DNA from: Mobula hypostoma
Lineage: Eukaryota
DNA length: 64,000 bases
NCBI RefSeq assembly: GCF_963921235.1
Contig: NC_086097.1
Coordinates: 218,986,001-219,050,000, forward strand
Direction: 5' to 3'
The position numbers and the translations under genes are program-made. This document shows, piece by piece, positions 24,855 to 36,779 of this stretch (position 1 is the stretch's first letter; the number at the start of each line of letters is the position of its first letter). Under the pieces are notes generated by a model, which saw only the letters and a list, made by a program, of their open reading frames with translations, ran no database searches and was not told the DNA's origin.

Positions 24855-26006
24855 ATTCCCCCCACAACATCAATGGTCTTACAAATGAGTTTGTTGATTC
24901 TGTTGGTGTCTGCTACTCTCAGCCTGCTGCCCCAGTACACAACAGCAAACATGATCGCACTGGCCACCACAGACTCGTAGAACATCCTCAGCATCGTCCG
25001 GCAGATGTTAAAGGACCTCAGTCTCCTCAGGAAATAGAGACGGCTCTGACCCTTCTTGTAGACAGCCTCAGTGTTCTTTGACCAGTCCAGTTTATTGTCA
25101 ATTCGTATCCCCAGGTATTTGTAATCCTCCACCATGTCCACACTGACCCCCTGGATGGAAACAGGGGTCACCGGTACCTTAGCTCTCCTCAGGTCTACCA
25201 CCAGCTCCTTAGTCTTTTTCACATTAAGCTGCAGATAATTCTGCTCACACCATGTGACAAAGTTTCCTACCGTAGCCCTGTACTCAGCCTCATCTCCCTT
25301 GCTGATGCATCCAACTAGGCAGGGTCATCCGAAAACTTCTGTAGATGACAAGACTCTGTGCGGTAGTTGAAGTCCGAGGTGTAAATGGTGAAGAGAAAGG
25401 GAGACAAGACAGTCCCCTGTGGAGCCCCAGTGCTGCTGATCACTCTGTCGGACGCACAGTGTTGCAAGCACACGTACTGTGGTCTGCCAGTCAGGTAATC
25501 AAGAATCCATAACACCAGGGAAGCAGACACCTGCATCACTGTCAGCTTCTCCCTCAGCAGAGCAGGGCGGATGGTGTTGAACACACTGGAGAAGTCAAAA
25601 AACATGGCCCCCACAGTGCTCGCTGGCTTATCCAGGTCGGCGTAGACACAGTTCAGCAGATGGACGATGGCATCCTCAACTCCTAGTCGGGGCTGGTGGG
25701 CGAACTGGAGGGGATGTAAGTGTGGCCTGACCATAGGCCGGAGCAGCTCCAGAATAAGTCTCTCCAGGGTCTTCATGATGTGGGAGGTCAATGCCACCGG
25801 TCTGTAGTCATTGAGGCCGCTGGGGCGCGGCGTCTTCGGCATAGGAACGAGGCAGGACGTCTTCCACAGTACAGAACCCTCCGGAGCCTCAGGCTCCAGT
25901 TGAATACATGGCGAAGTACTCCACATAGCTGAGGGTCACAGGCTTTGAGCACCCTGGTACTGACACCATCCGGTCCTGCAGCCCTGCTTGGGTTGAGACG
26001 TTGAGG
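24855..26006 (-). mobile_element. Rex1-like LINE RT fragment (distinct subfamily)
   Basis: AAGPDG, YRPVALTSH, FFDFSSVFNTI, GAPQGTVLSPFLF, KFSDD. Confidence 0.9.
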
Positions 26007-27205
26007 TGATGTGGTGACCAGAATGAGGTGACGAGAAAGGGACACAATATTCTAAGTGTGCGTTCGCCAGAGTTTTATAGAGCTGCAGTATTACCTCATG
26101 GCTCTGCAACTCAATCGCCTGACTAATGAAGACTAACACATCACATGCCTTAACAACCCTAACGTGGCAACTTAGGGGGATCTATGGACGTGGACGCCAA
26201 AAGCTCTCTGTTCCTCCACACTGCCAAGAATCCTGCATTTAAGTCTGTATTCTACCTTCAAATTCAGGCTTCTGAAATGAATCACTTTGCAGTTCTCCAG
26301 GTTGAACTCCATCTACCACTTCTCAGCCCAGCTCCATATCCTGTCTATATCCCACTGCAACCTGCACTATCCACAACTCCACCAAGCTTCCTGTCATTTT
26401 GTCACCCCTCCGAAGTACAAAGTATTATCAAAGTATATATACTGTACACAACCTTGAGATTTGTCTCCTTATGGGTAGCCACAAAACAAAGAAACTCAAT
26501 AGAACTCATTAAAAAAGAAAAACCATCATACATCCAATGTGCAAACAAAATGGCAGATCATGGAAAGAATAAAAAGTAAGCAAGTGATATTTAGAACTAA
26601 AGTTCACAAAAGTAAGTTCACAGTCACGAGACTCAGCACAGCCAATCCAGGAGCCTGTTAGTTGCAGGGCACAGACTCAGGCCACTTCTTCATCCCAGTA
26701 ATTTATAAAAATCATAAAGAGTAGGGATCCCTATGGAACACCACGGTCACCAACCATTAGGCAAAATACTCCCCATTTACCACCACTCTCTGCCTTCTAT
26801 CAGCAAGCCTGTTTTGTATCCACCCAGCCAAGTTTCACTGGATTCCATGCCTTATGAATTTCTGAAGGAACTTCATGGGAAACCAAATGCCTTACTAAAA
26901 TCAATATACTGTACACCACATCCTTTGTTCTATATTCAGTGTTTTTCATCATATCCTCAAAGAATTCAATCAGTCTAGCAAAACTATCTTGACTATCTCC
27001 AATCAGACTATGCTTCTCCAAGTGTTTGTAAATCCTGTCTCCAAGAATCTTCTCCAATACTTTGCCCCACTACTGAAATAATACTCACTGGCCTATAATT
27101 CCCTGGGTTATGACTCCTCTTCTTGAATAAAGGAATAACACTTGCCACCTTTCAGTCATCTGGTACTCCTCCTGTGGTTAATGAGGACGCAAAGATCGTT
27201 CCCAA
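26007..27205 (-). mobile_element. Degenerate CR1 interrupted by a LINE tail (~26410-26680)
   Basis: LYKTLANAHLEYC; MEKILGDRIYKHL, LIEFFED. Confidence 0.75.
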
Positions 27206-27387
27206 AGGTTGCCAGAAGCTAGGCTAATAACTAGCGCTGGAAGAATGTCATGACCCAAAGTTTATACTGTTTCTTAAAACTGGAGCAACAAATTTCCATG
27301 ACTGTCAAACAGATCTTCTGATGAGCCGCAGACAATCTGCTGGAAGAGCTCAATGCACCTATGGAGGAATTGTCGATGTTTGGATCA

Positions 27388-27911
27388 TAGAAACATAGAA
27401 AATAGGAGCAGGAGTAGGCCATTCGGCCCTTCGAGCCTGCACCACCATTCAGTATGATCATGGCTGATCATCCAACTCAGAACCCTATACCAGCCTTCCC
27501 TTCATACTCCCTGATCCCTTTAGCCACAAGGGCCATATCTAACTCCCTCTTAAATATAGCCAATGAACTGGCCTCAACTGTTTCCTGTGGCAGAGAATTC
27601 CACAGATTCACCACTCTCTGTGTGAAGAAGTTTTTCCTAATCTCGGTCCTAAAAGGCTTCCCCTTTATCCTCAAACTGTGACCTCTCGTTCTGGACTTCC
27701 CCAACATTGGGAACAGTCTTCCTGCATCTAGCCTGTCCAATCCCTTTAGGATTTTATACGTTTCAATAAGATCTCCCCTCAATCTTCTAAATTCCAACGA
27801 GTATAAGCCTAGTCGATCCAGTCTTTCTTCATATGAAAGTCCTGCCATCCCAGGAATCAATCTGGTGAACCTTCTTTGTACTCCCTCTATGGCAAGGATG
27901 TCTTTCCTTTA
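27388..27911 (-). mobile_element. Young CR1 3' end (same subfamily as 5790-6346)
   Basis: ORF 27477-27860 intact to stop; 7-bp TSD TGGATCA at 27381-87 and 27912-18. Confidence 0.92.
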
Positions 27912-28249
27912 TGGATCAAGTCTTGCTGAGTTCTTCCAGCCATATGTTCATCATTACAGATTCCAGCTTCTGCAGTCTCTTGTATCTCTTCTGATCAGCT
28001 CTCCATTTATTTTTCATCATTCCCTTGGTGTGGTGACTGATCAATTGTGTCTGAAAGTGATCTGCAAAATTTTATACAGATTAACGTTTTCCATATGAAT
28101 GCTGCTTATATGATGCCATGTGCCTATGGTGCTCCTGCAAGTAAGATTTTCTTTGGACTTGTGCATATGACAGTGAACTCATATTTGACTTTGTTTGGGT
28201 GGCTTATTTGCCATTGGCTTTTGTAATTGCATTGGAGCAAATTTTTGTG

Positions 28250-28800
28250 CTTATTGGCAATGCAGATAGATAGACGTGTCCAATAGTCCAGCCAGAAAGG
28301 CTCCAACAGTCGTCTATTTCTTCAAATTCCTTGTCCGTGGTTTTGAGCTTTAAGTTGTGTTTCTGGAGGCTAATGCTAAACCTGTACATTGGCTGTGTTG
28401 TTCAGTACTTGGAGACCACCAAGATAATGGCAGTTACTACAGGGCTCAGCCAGAGCAAATGGGTGATTTCACCACACTGGTGATCTTCTTCTCAGCATTT
28501 CATATATTATCTGAGTTGCACTGGAGTGATGAGCCATGACAAAGGCATAGAATCCTCCTCAACCAAAGAGAAGCTTGTAATTTTCACAAAGTTGACTGTG
28601 GGCATGAATTTTCACAAAGCCATGTTCTCATTCCATCTGCTTGTCCCTGCCAATGATCTTCCGTTAGCAACATTAGACAGCAAAATGTGAGATGCAGTGA
28701 ATATCTCTAGCCTTGAAGAAATGAAAAAAGATCACGTTTCCAGTCACCTTGAGAGTGACCTTGACAATGACAGGCATTGCAACACTTCTCTTGTATGTTC
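28250..28800 (-). pseudogene. Possible ancient Harbinger (HARBI1-like) transposase remnant
   Basis: Short minus-strand peptides AMPVIVKVT and MPLSWLITPV resemble Harbinger LPVAVKVT and YPLxxWLxTP motifs, in the expected order. Confidence 0.3.
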
Positions 28801-29089
28801 AAATTCAGGGAGGCCATGTTCACTAAAGCAGAAACAAATAGCATGATTTTCTTTGTTGAGACTTCGGTTTATGAATAGCTTCCTGGATGAACATGAAAAT
28901 GCATACAATTGCATCTTTGTCCAGGAGCAAGTAGTTTTTGTAGTGTACTCGAAGTCACGAGATAAATCCTTCAACACCTGCCAGATTAATTTGTCCCAAT
29001 GCTATCAACTTAACAGAACACTAGAAAGAAGTTAGCACTTGTTCAGCTTCACTAAGAAACTGAAGAAATCACCCAGTATTTGACTTGAA

Positions 29090-29420
29090 CAGAAGGGATT
29101 CTGCAGATGCTGGAAATCCAGAGTAACACACACAAAATGTTGGATGACTCAGCAGGTCAGACAATATCTATAGAAAGGAATAAAAAGTCAACATTTTGGG
29201 TCAAGACTGTTAAGTTTTGTAACTCCAAAACATAAAACTATTTAAAAGCAAAAACACAGAGTGTAGATTGTGAGTCTAACTTTGTGTTTACTTTTAGGAG
29301 GGGCACATTTATCATGTGGTAGCGTCATGATGTATATAACTTACATTTTAATATAACCTGTGTAAACAATATATTTACAATATTACTGAAATATTAAATA
29401 CACAGCAGAGACTCTTCATT
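29090..29420 (-). mobile_element. PLE tail whose hammerhead motif is split by a small LTR-like insert
   Basis: CTGCAGATGCTGGAAAT...AGTCAACATTTTGGGTCAAGAC[insert]GAGACTCTTCAT. Confidence 0.75.
29208..29407. mobile_element. 200-bp solo-LTR-like insert
   Basis: TGTT...AGCA termini; 5-bp TSD AAGAC (29203-07) / GAGAC (29408-12), the mismatch at a CpG. Confidence 0.65.
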
Positions 29421-29867
29421 GGTGCATGGACTTCAATTTGAAATTTGTTTATCTGTTTAACTAAAGCTGTGGAGTGGATCTACCTGCCATTAAATGTAGA
29501 GTGGTCTTGGCTACATGGTTGGCCTCAAATGCTAGACAGCATGTTGACTGATCAGCATTGCACTTTGAACAGTGTCACAATCTGCCAATATTGGATACAT
29601 CAGTTGCATTTTACTGTTGCTGTGACCAAAATGGTTTGTGCCATAAATATAGATGTAGAATGAAAATGATACTGAGTGCCAATAATTTACAGTTTTTATT
29701 TTTCTACCAATTAACAATACTGTAAATATCTGAGTTTATACTGTACATCCACTGTCTGTCTACTTTAATAATTCACCTTTGGGACTGTACCTTTGTTTCA
29801 TAAGCACCAAAAATTATGACACTGCACCATAATATATGTTATTTCACAGTCCATAAAGAATCGATCT

Positions 29868-30427
29868 TTAAACGCAAATTCCACATCCCATTCCCATTCT
29901 GACATGTCTATCCACGGCCTCCTCTACTGTAAAGATGAAGCCACACTCAGGTTGGAGGAACAACACCTTATATTCCGTCTGGGTAGCCTCCAACCTGATG
30001 GCATAAACATCGACTTCTCTAACTTCCGCTAAGGCCCCACCTCCCCCTTGTACCCCATCTGTTACTCATTTTTATGCACACATTCTTTCTCTCACTCTCC
30101 TTTTTCTCCCTCTGTCCCTCTGAATATACCTCTTGCCCATCCTCTGGGTCACCCCCCCCTTGTCTTTCTTCCCGGACCTCCTGTCCCATGATTCTCTCGT
30201 ATCCCCTTTTGCCAATCACCTGTCCAGCTCTCGGCTCTATCCCTCCCCCTCCTGTCTTCTCCTATCATTTTGGATCTCCCCCTCCCCCTCCAACTTTCAA
30301 ATCCCTTACTCACTCTTCCTTCAGTTAGTCCTGACGAAGGGTCTCGGCCTGAAACGTCGACTGTACCTCTTCCTGCAGATGCTGCCTGGCCTGCTGCGTT
30401 CACCAGCAACTTTGATGTATGTTGTTC
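29868..30427 (+). mobile_element. 5'-truncated PLE 3' end
   Basis: End of GIY-YIG region and tail; 13-bp TSD AAAGAATCGATCT at 29855-67 and 30428-40. Confidence 0.92.
30327..30362 (+). ncRNA. Intact minimal type-I hammerhead ribozyme
   Basis: AGTC-CTGACGA-A-GGGT-CTCG-GCCT-GAAACGTC-GACT; predicted cleavage after 30358. Confidence 0.87.
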
Positions 30428-30689
30428 AAAGAATCGATCTGACTATTTTATGATATTTCTGTTACAGAACCTTAACAAAAATAAATTCTGGACTGTTGCA
30501 CTATTTTTTTGTTGATTGGGCATGTAAAATAATGTCTAGCCTTCTGGTAGTTGTTTTCAGAAGGTAAAATATTCAGTCAAAAAAAGTCGAATGCTCATCA
30601 GATAATTTTAAAGTAGGACCTACTTATTGTATTGACTTTTTTGAATATTTAATTCTCTTTGAGGTCACCTTAGAAATTGCACCTTGATT

Positions 30690-31050
30690 CTCAGTTATTA
30701 CCCATTATCAACCATTAGTCTCCTGAACCAGTGGAGATACGGAAACTTCACTCAAATTAACTCACTCAAACAATGAATTGTTCCCACAAACTCTGGACTC
30801 ACTTTCAAGAGCTCTTCATCTTATGGTCTCTATATTTATTGCTTATTTCTTATCATTATTTTGTTTTTTTTTCTTTCTGCATTTGCAGTTTTGTTGTCTT
30901 TTTTATATTGGTTGTCCATCTTCTTGTATGCAATTTTTCACTGATTCTATTGTGTTTCTTTGTATTTACTGTGAATGCCCACAATAAAATAAATCTCAGA
31001 GTAGTATATGATGACATATATGCACTTTCATAATAAAATTACTTTGAATT
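30690..31050 (+). mobile_element. Rex1-like LINE 3' UTR
   Basis: Similar to 53440-53757; AATAAAATTACTTTGAATTT tail. Confidence 0.65.
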
Positions 31051-31931
31051 TTAGGAGTCAGAATTAAAGTTTTCGATTAAGAATTTTTAATAAAAATATG
31101 AATAATCAATTGTCAGAAAATAAAATATTCAGACTAGCTGAATCAGAGAGGTAGCATTTTTATCTACAGCATAGCTGAAAGAATTGGCATAATGTATTTA
31201 GTTATAATTGAAGATCAAAATTGTATGATTACATTCAATGCTAAAACTGAATATCACCACCAGAGGGGGCACCAGAATTAAGATACAGGTACTTCATCTG
31301 TTCTCCTTGAGTCAATGGAATGATAGGAGTCTTCCAGATGCAACCAGTCCAGAGTGTGCATGTTGCTAAGAGACACATCTGGCATAGTATTGGTGACAAT
31401 GATAATTGAGGACATTCTTGATTAAAAGAGTAGGAAACACAAGGAAAGAAAATAATTATTTTTGATGAGTTTTCTTCTACCGGGTATTTTTAATTGTGAC
31501 TTTATTTTAGTTCATTTCAGTAGCTTTTATTCCTTACTACTTTAAATCAAGGACATGTAAAATTACAGGCGTTCATAGGCAAGGCCAGCTTTGTTCTCAG
31601 TCAAAGCATTGTTGGGGCATTTTAGGGACGGGGTCTCAGAGAAAACCCCTGGAGGGCTCTTTATCACTGCTATCTCATCACTTGACTGGAAGGCTAATAA
31701 AATTAGCCATAAGCATCCAGAATAGAGTGAGTGTGTTCAGGGATTTCTGAGAGCAAATTGAGGAGATTAGCTAGCAGTGTAAGGGTCCAGAAAGTTATGA
31801 AGCAAGTTTGCAGATTGATGGATAATTCTGTAAATGGGACAAAGGATTTACTATTAAAGGTGGGAGGTCCCAACTATTGATACAAGCTTGAAGGCAAAGG
31901 GTGTGGAAGTGTTTAGTATCTTGCTGAGTGT

Positions 31932-32038
<107 letters not shown>

Positions 32039-32276
32039 GTCATTCTGCTGTTGTTACCGGGTATATTCTACCAATGGGTCCGAAAAGGTTAGCTTTATGG
32101 TGCCTTCCCACCTTACACAGCAAAATATTCCATTCCTTTAGTAATGAGGAGGTGTAAGTGCGTATATAATGTTTGTAAGTTAATTTTGTGGATAATTGAA
32201 GATGATATGTTCTGGTGCCTAATAAACAGAGCTTATCACTCTCAGCGAGTTGGAGAGATAGGTGCTGCTAGGAGTT

Positions 32277-35200
32277 CATAGAAACATAGGAAACCTACAG
32301 CACAATACAGGCCCTTCGGCCCAAAATGCTGTACCGAACATGTACTTACTTTAGAAATTATCTAGGGTTACCCATAGCCTTCTATTTTTCTAAGCTCCAT
32401 GTACCTATCTAAGAGTCTCTTAAAAGACCCTATTGTATCCGCTCCCATCACTGTAGCTGGCAGCGCAATCCACGCACGCACCACTCGTTGCGTTAAAAAA
32501 ACTTACCTCTGACATCTCCTCTGTACCTACTTCCAAGCACTTTAAAACTGTGCCCTCTCGTGCTAGCCATTTCAACCTTGGGAAAAAGCCTCTGACTATC
32601 CATGCAATCAATGCCTCTCATCATCTTATACACCTCTATCAGGTCACCTCTCATCCTCCATCACTCCAAGGAGAAAAGGCCATGTTCACTCAACTTATTC
32701 TCATAAGGCATGCTCCCCAGTCGAGGCAGCGTCCTTGTAAATCTCCTCTGCACCCTTTCTATGGTTTCCACATCCTTCCTGTAGTGAGAAGACCAGAACC
32801 GAGCACAGTATTCCAAGTGGGGTCTGACCAGAGTCCTGGATAGCTGTAACAGTACCTCTCGGCTCTTGAACTCAATCCCACAGCTGATGAAGGCCAATAT
32901 ATCATTTTTTTCTTGACTACACAGTCAACCTGTGCAGCAGCTTTGAGTATCCTATGCAGTTGAACACCAAGATCCCTCTGATCCTCCACACAGCCAAGAG
33001 TCTTACTATTAATACAATATTCTGCCATCATATTTGACCTACCAAAATGAACCACTTCACACTTATCTGGGTTGAACTCCATCTGCCACTTCTCAGCCCA
33101 GTTTTGCATCCTATCAATGTCCCGCTGTAACCTCTGACAGCCCTCCACACTATTCACAGCATCCCCAACCTTTGTGTCATCAGCAAATTTACTAACCCAT
33201 CCCTCCACTTCCTCATCCAGGTCATTTATAAAAATGACAAAGGAAAGGGGCCCCAGAACAGAACCCTGAGGCACACCACTGGTCACTGACCTCCATGCAG
33301 AATATGACCTGTCTACAACCACTCTCTGCCTTCTGTGGGCAAGCCAATTCTGGATCCACAAAGCAATGTCTCCTTGGATCCCAAGCTTCCTTACTACCTC
33401 AATAAGCCTTACATGGGGTACCTTATCAAATGCCATGCTGAAATCCATATACACTACATCTACTACTCTACCTTCATCAATGTGTTTAGTCACATCCTCA
33501 AAAAAATCAATCAGGCTCGTAAGGCACAACCTGCCTTTGACAAAGCCATGCTGACTATTCCTAATCATATTATGCCGCTCCAAATGTTCCTAAATCCTGC
33601 CTCTCAGGATCTTCCCCATCAATTTACCAACCACTGAAGTAAGACTCACTGGTCTATAATTTCCTGGGCTATCTCTACACCCTTTCCTTAATGAAGGAGC
33701 AACATCTGCAACCCTCCAATCCTCTGGAACCACTCCCATCCCCATTGATGAACACTTCCAGAGGCTCAGCAATCTTCTCCCTTGCCTCCCACAGTAGCCT
33801 GGGGTACATCTCATCTGGTCCCGATGACTTATTCAACTTGATGCTTTCCAAAAGCTCCAGCACATTGTCTTTCTTAATGTCCATATGTTCAAGCTTTTCA
33901 ATCTGCTGTAAGTCATCCCTACAATCGCCAAGGCCCTTTTCCGTAGTGAATACTGAAGCAAAGTATTCATTAAGTACCTCCGCTGTCTGCTCCGGATCCA
34001 TCCACACTGTCACACTTGATTGGTCCTATTCTCTCACATCTTATCCTCTTGCTTTTCACATACTTGTAGAATGCCTTGGGATTTTCCTTAATCTCGCTCA
34101 CCAAAGCCTTCTCATGGCCCCTTCTGGCTCTCCTAATTTCATTCTTAAGCTCCTTCCTGCTAGCATTATAATTTTCTAGATCTATATCATTACCTAGTGT
34201 TTTGAACCTTTCGTAAGCTCCTTTTCTTCTTGACTAGATTTTCAACAGCCTTTGTACACCATTGTTCCTGTACCCTACCATCCTTTCCTGTCTTATTGGA
34301 ATGCACCTATGCAGAACACCATGCAAATATCCCCTGAACATTTGCCAAATTTCTGCTGTACATTTCCCTGAGAACATTTGCTTCTCATTTATGCTTCCAA
34401 GTTCCTGATTGATAGCTTCATATTTCCCCTTACTCCAATTAAACGTTTTCCTAACTTGTCTGCTCCTATCCCTCTCCAATGCTATGGTAAACAAGATAGA
34501 AATGTGATCACTATCTCCAAAATACTCTCACACTGAGAGACCTGACACCTGACCAGTTTCATTTCCCAATACCAGATCAAGTACAGCCTCTACTCTTGCA
34601 GGCTTATCTACATATTGTGTCAAGTAACCTTCCTGAACACACCTAACAAATGTCATCCCATCTAAACCCCTTGCTCTCGGGAGATGCCAATCAATATTGG
34701 GGGACTTAAAATCTTCCATTTCAACAACCCTGTTATTATTGCACTGTTCCAGAATTTATCTCCCTATCTGCTCCTTGATATCCCTGTTACTATTTGGTGG
34801 TCTATAAAAAAACACCCAATAGAGTTATTGACCCCTTCCTGATTCCAACTTCCACTCACAAAGACTCCGTAGACAATCCCTGCATGACTTCCTCCTTTTC
34901 TGCAGCCGTGACACTATCTCTGATCAGCAGTGCCACACCCCCACCTCTTTTGCTTCCCTCCCTGTCTTTTCTGAAACATCTAAAGCCTGGCACTCTAAAT
35001 AGCCACTCATGCCCTGAGCCATCCAAGTCTCTGTAATGGTCACAACATCATAGCTCCAAGTGCTGATCCACGCTCTAAGCTCATCCGCTTTTTTCATGAT
35101 ACTCCTTGCATTAATGTAAACACATCTCTAACCATCAGTCTGTGCGCATCCCTTCTCTATCACCAGCCTATCCTCCCTCTCACACTACCTGCAAGCTTTC

Positions 35201-36475
35201 TCTGTTTGTGAGCCAACAGCCCCTTCCTCCGTCTCTTCAGTTCGGTTCCCACCCCACAGCAATTCTAGTTTAAATCCTCCCCAATAGCCTAAGCAAACGT
35301 CCCTGCCAGGATATTGTTCCCCTCGGATTCAAGTGCAACCCATTCTATTGTACAGGTCATGCCTGCCCCAAAAGAGGTCCCAATGATCCAGAAATTTGAA
35401 TCCCTGCCCCCTGCTCCAATCCCTCAGCCACGTACTTATCCTCCACCTCATTCTATTCCTATACTCACTGTCACTTGCACAGGCAGTAATCCTGAGATTA
35501 CTACCTTTGAGGTCCTGCTTCTCAGCTTCTTTCCTAACTCCCTGTAGTCTTTTTTCAGGACCTCCTCCCTTTTCCTACCTATGTCGTTGGTACCAAAATG
35601 TACCACAACCTCTGGCTGTTCTCCTTCCCACTTCAAGATATCGTGGACGCGATCAGAAACATCCCAGACCCTGGCATCTGGGAGGCAAACTACCATCCAC
35701 GTTTCTTTCCTGCATCCACAGAATCGCCTATCTGACCCCTTAATTATAGAGTCCCCTATCACTGCTGCCATCCTCTTCCTTTCCCTACCCTTCTGAGCCA
35801 CAGGGCCAGACTCTGTGCCAGAGGCGCAGCCACTGTTGCTTCCCCCAGGTACGCTGTCCCCCACCAACAGTACTCAAACAGGAGTACTTATTGTTAAGGG
35901 GACAGCCACAGGGGTACTCTCTAGGATCTGACTCTTTCCCTTCCCTCTCCTGACTGTTACCCACTTATCTGTCTCCTGAGGCCCTGGTGTGATCACTTGC
36001 CTATGGCTTCTATATATCACCTCCTCACTTTCCCTGACCAGACAAAGGTCATTGAGCTGCATCTCCAATTCACTAACACGGTCAGTAAGGAGCTGCAGCT
36101 CGACGCACCGGGCGCAGATGTGGCTGTCGGGAGGTTGGGAGTCAATCGGATTTCCTACATCTGACACCCAGTGCAGAACACCGGCCTCACAGACATACTT
36201 CCTATTCCTCACAAGTCGCTTACCTCGCCTCGACCCGTTATTGCTGAAGCCCCGTTGAACCAAAGCCCTCCTACTCTGACTCCCTTTACCTTTGGGCCCG
36301 CTCTATAAAGTTGTCTTCTTTTTAAATTCTTCCTGCTGGTCTAACTCACTGACGTCCAAGCACCTGTGCAGTCGTGTGTCTGTCAAACTGCTAAAGAAAA
36401 AATGCTCTCCTTTTAAATTCTTCCCGCCGCTCTATAACTCACTGACATCCACATGCCTGCACAGTCGTGCCTTAA
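32277..36475 (-). mobile_element. Near full-length CR1 LINE (5' UTR, ORF1, APE-RT ORF2, tail), decayed
   Basis: CATAGAAACATAG tail at 32277; RT SQHGF, DFSMAFDKVPH, GVPQGSVLGP, FADDTK; APE DFKSPNIDW, LDLVL; short duplication in 5' UTR (~36320-36375 / ~36410-36470). Confidence 0.93.
35448..36263 (-). pseudogene. CR1 ORF1: Cys/His finger + coiled coil + SGNH esterase domain
   Basis: HICARCVELQLL; VIGDSII, CLPDAR, VVHFGTND (GDS / GxND blocks). Confidence 0.85.
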
Positions 36476-36673
36476 TCAAACTGGACACAAATAATATGAT
36501 GCTATTATTGTGTTTTCTGGTACATATCTTTTTGTCAATATTGGCAATTTTATTTTCACTAGTTTTGGTAACTTTTCTAAGTTTTTAACTTTTGGCACAC
36601 CTAATAAACACGCTTGCAGTGTTAAGTGACTCCAGCCTTTTTCTCCTCGGTCATAACCCATGTAGCTAACATA

Positions 36674-36691
36674 TGATGGCAGCGGTGGGAT
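36674..36691 (+). promoter_or_regulatory. Primer binding site, tRNA-Leu
   Basis: TGATGGCAGCGGTGGGAT, 17/18 to TGGTGGCAGCGGTGGGAT, 2 nt after the LTR end. Confidence 0.8.
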
Positions 36692-36712
36692 GGCTAGTTG
36701 CAAAAAAGAGTG

Positions 36713-36779
36713 TTTAGCTCGGAGAAGAGCGGACTCGATGGGCCAACTTGCCTAATTCCGCTCCTAAATTTTATGGTCT
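36713..36779 (+). mobile_element. Tiny CR1 3' tail inserted in gag
   Basis: GGACTCGATGGGCC...TTATGGTCT; 7-bp TSD AAGAGTG at 36706-12 and 36780-86. Confidence 0.75.

Noticed and set aside
31256..31274. CTCF-like CCACCAGAGGGGGCAC
   Set aside because: Two extra G relative to the core spacing; a single short match is unsupported.
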